Of a stretch of 64,000 nt of DNA, positions 55,658-64,000 are shown piece by piece. Position numbers and translations under genes: made by a program. Every line of letters begins with the position of its first letter. The stretch's first letter is position 1. Under the pieces are notes generated by a model that was given only the letters and a program-made list of their open reading frames with translations, made no database searches and was not told the DNA's origin. Source of the DNA: Paragordius varius (taxonomy: Eukaryota; Animalia; Nematomorpha); NCBI GenBank assembly GCA_964247055.1, contig OZ176053.1, positions 8,556,001 through 8,620,000 on the forward strand, read 5' to 3'.

Positions 55658-56913
55658 ATGATGAGTATATTTTTTTTCTTAATTAAATTATTATCTAGCT
55701 GGTCAAATCGATAAAATTAAGGTGGATCATGGTAGAATAAACCCGAAAGAATTGAAATTTGATCTGGAATTCAATGATAAAAAGTTCAAGCTTGACCTTA
55801 AACAGAATGGGGACATTATTAGCCAAAATTTTGAATCAAAAGACGAGGCTGGAAACGTGTACGGGAAACAAATGAAAGATTGGGTTTATGTTGGAGAGGG
55901 CAAAGATGAAAAAGGCATAAAATATGTGGCAAATTTTACGGCCTATTTTGGATTAGTAATTAATTAATTAAACCTTTTTTAAAAAAATATCGATATACTA
56001 TGCGATCATACTCATTTTGATATTTGAATGCTTATTATTTTTTTCATTCAAAACTAAAGTTTCAATTATTGACTTTATATGAGTAAGTATACATTGGTTG
56101 TCAAATAACAGAAAAACAAAGAGAAATTTTATTGTCACACAGCTAATTTTTCGCTTTGTACTGTTATTAGTTAATAATAATACTCTTTAGTGCATATGCT
56201 ATCTGGCAATATTTTATACAAAACTAGCAATGTACATTTTTTACAGACTGTAAAAGCGCCAATTCGTTAAATCTGGTAAAATTGGAAAAAATGTTTTATG
56301 GACTTAATTATCCGGATATTACATATTAAATCAAATACTTTAATAAAGACCATTTTATAGTTTTAATAAAATAATAATACACAGTTTAAAGTCTCTTTTT
56401 TTTCTTTTTTATTAAAGAGTAAGGTAAATTGTATCCGGACTTGTCAAGGCTTTAACACTCACCTGCCCAGGACTGACAGTGATGAAAGAAAAATTGCCTA
56501 GTTTCGGGATTCCAACTCAGGGTCAAAGTATAAGAGTCCGCCCTATTAATATTAATAAAAATATTTATAAAAGCGAACCTACCCGTTTTTGCGGCAAAGT
56601 AGTGGTCTATTGTTTATTTACTATTTTAAGAAATTTATGAAGGAATTCATAAACAATTTTAACCGCCTTTCATTTATATTTAATTGGAAATATGAAGTTT
56701 GTGAATTTCTTAGGCTGTCTTTTAAACACATACAGATAGATTAGACATTAACTAATCTCAATAATTTATTTCTATATGGAGGATGGATATTTGAATTCAA
56801 CCCAAGGAAACAATAATTTCAAGATGAGTTCAAGTGAAATCATTCGAGAAACAACGTATGATGAAGTTGGAATCCTCCCACTCAAAATCGAGCAAAACAA
56901 TATGTCTGATTAA
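55658..56913 (+). CDS. ADAM/reprolysin (M12B) prodomain-like protein, copy 2, 131 aa, no catalytic domain
   Basis: Exons 55658-55664, 55699-55955 and 56782-56913 give MMTGQIDKIKVDHGRINPKELKFDLEFNDKKFKLDLKQNGDIISQNF...DWVYVGEG...VANFTAYFGL|DGYLNS...GILPLKIEQNNMSD*. It resembles the propeptide pattern L.F.L...F.LDL..N..I...F...Y.G.......A.....GL.G. Confidence 0.65.
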
Positions 56914-57058
56914 CTTTTTTAATTATACAAATGTATCTAAACTGTATAATCTAAATTTATTGTATAATAAAACAAATTCTATTCATGTGCAAATATATCA
57001 CAGTAGTTAGTTATGATCTAGATTAATTTAATGATAATAAATCATTTTTTTTCAATGA

Positions 57059-60000
57059 TTAATTGTTGAGATAGGTACTAAAACGCCGTGTGTGAAAAGT
57101 GTTATTGCGATCAGTGTAAGGATAAGCCCGGAAAGTTCCTAATTTTTGACCGTTTGTATCATAATGCAAAAACATAAAGCATTCTTGGCAAAAGAGTGAA
57201 GGATCATCTGGTACGTGGGAATCTTCAAATGTTATATACCTTAAATCAAAAATATTATATTATATATATTATTATTCGTACTTTAAATATTAAAATAATA
57301 ATAATGTGCTGATATTTTTAATTTTTAAATAAATTGCCTTGCTGAAAATTTAATAATTATTTGAAAAATATTTAACGCATCAAATCGATATTCTTTAGAT
57401 CATATATAAATAAAGAGCGTGATACCTTCATAAAAACAATATTTAAGGTTAGTGATTTTATTACAATTTTTCTTAAATATGGAAAAATTATTATAATTAT
57501 TTTATATACCTGGCGATGTTACTGTTACATACATAACAGTATTTAATTTTTTCCGTTGATGTGAAAATGCGTACGGGGTAAAGAGAACCATTCTGTAAAT
57601 CATCTCGACCAGCTAATCTATAATAACATATATAGGATAAAGTAAAGAAATTAACATATAAAAATATTTCATCCTAATAATTAAATAAAAATGTCCAATG
57701 TTCCAAAATACATGGCTATTTCAAAATTTTAAGACGTAAAAAATGGAAATTTACCTAATATCCGATATGATAAAAAGATGTTGACAATCCCCTTGATGGA
57801 AAAACATGTACGGCTTTCCAATGCAAATTTCTAAATCCTTAATTTGGGTATTTTCCATTATCTTGGTTTGGTAGGGACCCAAACCATGTGATTCCCCCCA
57901 CGGTATAATAGGTCTATATATAGTCAATTATAAAAATATTATACTTAAGTATTATAAGTTTAAAACAAATTATGCACACTGATATCGTTCGATAAAAATT
58001 GGAGTTACTTATTGCGAGTGTTGTTCATATTGTTTTATATATATGTAATTTTGAATAACAATTTAAAATATATGCATAAAAATAATAAACACAAAAAGTG
58101 TTTTATTAAAAAATGAAATTAATTTAAGGTTTAGTATGAATAAATTAATGGCAAACTTCATAATTAACTAAAAGTTTAAAAAATATTGGGTTAAATATGG
58201 ATTTTTTTCTCATATTCATATAACAACTGATATATAAACAAAATTTGAAAATATATTAAAATCTAAGTATGATAATATTAATCTTTATAGCCTGTTTTCA
58301 CCCCAAAATATGCCAATAATATATTCCACATAACTTTACCAATAATATAGTATAAAAGTTTAATAAATCTATACGCAGAGTAATCAACGTTATTGGTACT
58401 GCGGGTATCATTATAAAAGACATTTTCGATCAAAAAAAATCCCGATTTGAAAATATCTTTGGAGAAAAAGGAAACGGGCTTAGTTGGATTTTCACTAATA
58501 TCTTCATAAACGCCATAATCACAATCACAAAATATTTTATCCCTCAGTTCAGCTAGGGTATTTGATCCAAGGCATTCAAATCGTTGATCAATATTCACTA
58601 TCTATAAATATATGTAATATGTACAAAACGCAAAAACTTAAGGAATAATATATGTTTTATAAAATAAGCAATATATTTTGATCCTTGATTATTAGCCACC
58701 TGATAACGATTGTGAAATACATAATTTAATTCATCAGTGGTATTCACCAAAATTTTTTGAAGGGCCAAAAAATGTTTTTTTATTGTATCACAGGCCACAA
58801 AACCGATAAATTTTTCATAGCTGCGAGAAACATTTCTAGATAAATACTCATATAAGTATATCAAAAAAATTGATAAAAATTTAGGGCCACATTCGACCCC
58901 TGTTTACCTCTAAATTAATCTGTTACCAATACTGTCATTCCTCATTATGCACACAAACAATAGGTTGAAGGATCAAGGTTCAAAAATAATGATTGCCTTT
59001 AAAAATAATGTTAGTCTTTTCTTATGTCACATATTTATAATTTCAATTGTACATAAACGAAAAATATTTAAATGAGAATAGGCGAATGTAATCCATTAGA
59101 ACTATTTTACGCGGAGGTGAGTCAAAAAGATGTATATAAATTATTGCGACATGATGACCAAAAATCATAAAGAATGGCGGTATCAAAAAATATTAAACGC
59201 AATTTTGGATCAATTTTTTGGAAACAAATGTTAATATATAGAAGAGGGATGCTAAAAGGTAAAGCGATCTACTAAACATATTCTTCCCCATTTAAAATAC
59301 TTAATTAAAGAAATCAAAACAAATTAGTGTAATATAAAATTCCCATGTAGAGTTTAAGCACAAAAACAAAACCGGATTTGAGAATTCAGGATTTTTTATC
59401 CGATTTAATATGCAAAAAATGCGATTTAAGAGCCAAATGTTAAATAAAGCTAACGTCTTCATAATAAATCTCCCTATACCTAAGTTAATAGCCATTTATT
59501 GATAATTTTAACTTTATCTTTATTTATAATCAAAGATATAAATACATATATAGATATATTTATATTAAATTAAAAAAAATGATTTTTGATGCACAATATA
59601 GGAATATGAAGTTTATTTATTAAATTGTGTAAAATCAGAATTTCGAATAACAATGCGATAATTTATTTTCGATATAAATATAATATCGTCTTTAGGAATA
59701 CAACCATACAATCTAAAGTTCGCGCTTTTATTTGGTGAGATTTTAATTATACATAATTTAATTAAATTTTATATTATTAAAATGTACAATATGTCAGCAA
59801 GTAATATTCTTTTGTCCTCAACTTTATATATATATTATGATGTGATAGTTTATATAAAATTATGTACAAGGGGCATAAAACACAAACCAATATTGTTCTT
59901 ATTCTTAATTACCAGATATTTTGAAATTGAAACCGATTACAGGAAGGTTCCAACTACGGAATCGGTAATTCAAAAAAACCTAATATCATAGATAAGTTGT

Positions 60001-60683
60001 ATTATAAAAGGTTATCTTTAAAATTAAATGAGCCAAAATATATTTTTCGATAATTTCTAATACTCATATATGTTTAAAAAACAGCCACAAATATTTATGT
60101 GAGACATAATGCATAAAACAAGAAGTAATTGTAAATACCATTGTGGAAGGACATATTTTTTGATCGGTATAAATTTGATTTGGTATATAAAATGTGAGTG
60201 TAACTATAACTTCTGGGCGTTTTATTGTCATTTCGATAGGAAACTTAATCGTTTTTAAATAGTCTATCTAAAAATTAAATAATTTTTATACCAATTCTAC
60301 GTCTTTGTAATTGAAAACGTTTAACATTGATTTGTAATAATTTTTCTTTTTATTCTTGTCCATTTCTTCCTGATACCTAATTTATTATATTATGTAAATA
60401 CTTAAGACATTCAAGTTTAGGTTCATCAAACTTTTTTTCATGATAATTGGCAAAAACATGGGGTCTTAATATAAATAACATTAATATACCCGCATTTTCG
60501 ATGAATTTCCTTGAATACCTTTTCGGGTAATCCAAGAAGACATTCAATTATCTCCAAACTATCAACATCATCAATATTGTGAATCAAAAATTTCTTTGCT
60601 TTAGTGGTATCTTCTAAAAATTGCTGGATGTTAACTTTGGGTATTTTAGAACATTTTGCAATTTGGGTTGATAATTTTTCCAT
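57059..60683 (-). CDS. SNAPC3: snRNA-activating protein complex subunit 3 (SNAP50)
   Basis: RPEVIVTLTFYIP, QRFECLGSNTLAELRDKIFC, KDIFKSGFFLIENVFYNDTR, IGKPYMFFHQGDCQHLFIISDIR, YCYVC, PDDPSLFCQECFMFLHYDTNGQKLGTFRAYPY. Introns 60489-60465 (25 nt), 60401-60377 (25), 60291-60268 (24), and an approx 1.5 kb intron at about 60138-58603. Confidence 0.9.
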
Positions 60684-60712
60684 TTAAATTTCAAATCATG
60701 CTTATTTTATGA

Positions 60713-62936
60713 ATGCTCGAAAATTTTAATCCTGAAGTATTTAAAATCGTAGACGAAAGGCCCGTAACTGCGGAAGAACTAGATGAGAATATTATTGATA
60801 TTATAGATGAAAGAGAGATTTTTGGTAATTAAAAAATGAAATTTTAGATTGGCTAAGAAAAATCAATGACCCTGAACACCCTTTGACATTAGAGCAGTTA
60901 AATGTTGTTGAAGAAAAAAATATCCATGTACTAATGTTTTAATTTTAGATTGATCAGAAAGATAAAGTAATTAGCGTTAGCTATACCCCTACTATTCCAC
61001 ATTGCAGCATGGCTACATTAATTGGGTTATCCATTAAAGTCAAATTACTTCGTACCCTCCCCCAAAGCTATAAAGTATATTTTTATTCAATATATTAAAA
61101 TTTAATCATATACATATGGTCAAAAACAACAAATAATTGCGATTTGTTTTTTATATTTAACATCAAATAAATCAGTCGTGCTCACCAAAATTTTTACTGA
61201 GCTGCAAGAAATACATTGTTTCTAGGGCCACACCATATGATACCAATAAAAATTTCATAGCAGTTTGACATATTTGCAGATTATTTATACTAAAATAAAT
61301 ATAAAAGGAAAAAGTCTCTTTTTAGGGCCGCGGTTTGAATACCCTTGCTTAATGGTTACCAAGATGTACCATGTTACGGATAGTATATATAGAAATAAAG
61401 GTTTTGCATTTTCTTTTTAGATTTAAAGCTGCTATAGTTTTCCACAATGAAGAGCCAATTTTTTTGGTTCTTGGTTTAACATTAGATTTTTTTGTTTAAT
61501 TATAAGATAAAGTATTTTTGTGTCATCGGCTACTGTACTATTTCGTGTAATTGTAACGAAGTGTGTTTTCATTTTTTGGATACGGTCAAGATTAATGCGT
61601 GTCGATATCGTATTTAATTAATTAACCAATAAAATGACCTTGCTCTCTGTGCTCATTAATTTTATAAAATATAACACATGTTTTAAATTGATTAAAATTC
61701 TCCACTTAAGAAATTTATATATTAACTGGATTTATAACGAAGCCATTTGTTTCCCCCACTATTGTTTCGGAATTAGAATTTTTAAAACTATGACATTACT
61801 TTTTTGTACTAATTTACATTTTGCAGTAATTTTATATCCCAAAGCTCAATTTTGTCAATAAATTTGGAAAGTTATTTTATTAAAAATTTAATTATCATAC
61901 ATTTTTAGCTTGTATTTTTTACAGTTTTCTCCTCCAAAACACGATTGAGAACAGCTGCTATTAAAATTACATACTTTTACATTTACTGACCATAAAATAC
62001 ATTGTTTGCTTGCATTGTAAGATTCAAAAAAATTATAGAATTAAAATGGCTGCAAAAAAGTTTGAGATGCGGATTTTTTTACTTAACAAAAAAAATTTTT
62101 TGTATTATGCCCCTAAAAGCTAAAGAAAGCATATTTTAAATTCGTCTTAATATCTTAAAAATTTTCTAAGATATTCAAATTTTAATTCGCTTTGGGATAT
62201 AAAACTACTCCAAAAGATAATGGAGTGTTAAGTTTAAGCAATATTCACATAAGGTTGTCATATACTTATGGGCTAATTGAAAAAAGACACTTAACTAAAA
62301 GCTACGCCTTTATATTTGGTATTTAGGACCAATATTTTATTATATAGTCTAAAAATTAATTAGTATTTGTGGGCGCTTATTGAAAACAAAGCCAATTTTT
62401 AAACAAACGATTGATATATGTAGCTTGACGATGAGCATCGCATTTAAATAAAATATTTGCTTTTATATTTGAAACATTAGAAAGGTTTTATGCTAAATTG
62501 CTTCAAAGCCCAGTACATACATTTTTATTAATATATTAAAAATTAAGAGATGCAAAGAACACAAATTTTATAAATAGATTAGATATAAGCAAATTATACT
62601 AGAAATTAATTAATATACTGTTTTTTGTCGGTCGCATTTATATAATTCTTGTAAAAATGAAAATTTGGGATTATTATAAAAATAATTAATAAAAGTCATT
62701 TATTTTTATATTTTTTATTGTAATTTGAAACAAATAATAATTTTAAAAAATTGTTTTTTATAAGTTTTAATAAAATCTTAACATTGTATTGCATTTAGAT
62801 TGATGTGAAAATTAGCCCGGGAACACATTCTTCGGAAACAGCTATTAATAAGCAATTGGCTGATAAGGAAAGGGTCAGTGCAGCACTAGAAAATCCTCAT
62901 TTGATTGATGTTGTAAATAGATGTATTGCCGAATAA
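60713..62936 (+). CDS. CIAO2B: cytosolic Fe-S assembly component 2B (FAM96B/MIP18)
   Basis: [10 protein letters not shown]...[25 protein letters not shown]...[27 protein letters not shown]...[36 protein letters not shown]. Introns 60825-60847 (23 nt), 60928-60948 (21), 61075-62798 (1724). Confidence 0.96.
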
Positions 62937-64000
62937 ATTTGTTGCGTACAAATATAATAGATAAATAAATCAAATTAAATTTGATTTTTAAAGTCTTTTT
63001 ATTTTTAATAAGGGAAGGGTTTTAAAAATTAGATGTTTTTTGGGCATAAACAGCTAAATGTTTTTTCCAATTAATTTGCTTTAACATGCAATATTAGTTA
63101 AAATATTTATTAATTTTAAATTTTTATTAAAAGCGATTTTTAATTTTTTTTATATCAGCATTATTGATATATTCACTGTATATATCTTTTTGCACAATAA
63201 TGAAATTTTATGATTGACTCTATTATATGCTGAGGTACCATGGGGTCCAATCAAATTTAACACGTTAGCCAATTTTGTCTTAAACAAAAATTATTTTTCT
63301 GTAATGATCATTTAATATTTCAATTATTTATATATTAAATAATGTAACCATGAAATTAAAATACCTAACTTTTGTTTAGTTATAATAATATATTTTAAAA
63401 TGTGCTTGTAAATTATGAGACATTCAATTCTTAAATTGAGGGAGAATGTTTAAGAATTTCCGGATAAATGATATAAACTAAAAAAACTTATTTATAAGTA
63501 TTTTGGCACTTTTATGGCATGTAGTTAAGCCCTTAAAATTACCGTGTATGCTAATTTGATGCGTAAAGTAAAACTAGTAATGATTCTTCAATAATTTTAA
63601 ATTTTCCGAGAAAGGGCGTCGGGCTCAAGAAATTATTGTAAAAACAAAAACTTCAAAAAATTTAGTGCCAAAACATTTGATAATTACGCCGAGTTTAATA
63701 CAGCCTATTTGTAAAAACTCATCAAAGATTCTTAGCACAGCAAATGGAATTGCACCAATTTAGGGTGTTTTTAAATTTGCCAGAAAAATTTGGAAAACAT
63801 ACAAATACTGGTTATATCAAAAATATACTAATTAACAACATGGTTTTCCTTATATAAAAAAGAAATTTTTTTGATAATTTGCACCAAAGCGCAAGCTGCG
63901 TTTCTATACAATTCGATGCAGAAAATAAGATCTATCGAGTCTTTTGATTTAGAGTATTTTATGCCCTAAAGCCGGTATTAAAAGCCAAAATGGCGCCAAA

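Noticed and set aside
56500-56552. tRNA-like fragment on the minus strand (GACTCTTA...GAGTTGGAATCCC)
   Set aside because: No acceptor stem or cloverleaf; at most a SINE head remnant.
1-64000. Non-standard genetic code (suggested by tiny introns, as in ciliates)
   Set aside because: Spliced genes have no in-frame stops, and TAA, TAG and TGA are all used as terminators (RPL24, HOOK, MARVEL-like gene).

Overview
Very AT-rich eukaryotic (metazoan-type) genomic DNA using the standard code. Conserved genes are split by ultra-short GT-AG introns (mostly 21-29 nt) mixed with kb-sized, transposon-filled introns. This fits a reduced parasitic animal (myxozoan, dicyemid or orthonectid candidates; not resolvable here). 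Recognisable genes: a MARVEL-like 4TM protein with a Pro-rich tail, RPL24, NAGLU, NDUFAF6, COQ3, a HOOK dynein adaptor, SNAPC3 and CIAO2B (FAM96B). Additional genes: two tandem genes that appear to encode only an ADAM/reprolysin-like prodomain, a 43-aa Ala/Gly/Lys peptide gene and an orphan micro-exon gene. Genes sit extremely close together: RPL24 stop to NAGLU ATG is 38 nt, SNAPC3 and CIAO2B ATGs are 29 nt apart, and NDUFAF6/COQ3 start codons possibly abut in one CATATG palindrome. Mobile DNA includes a 5'-inverted RTE LINE with an 11-bp TSD, other RTE remnants, a non-autonomous Helitron carrying a tandem array, a decayed hAT element and several MITE families. All gene models were spliced and translated by eye; no database searches were run.
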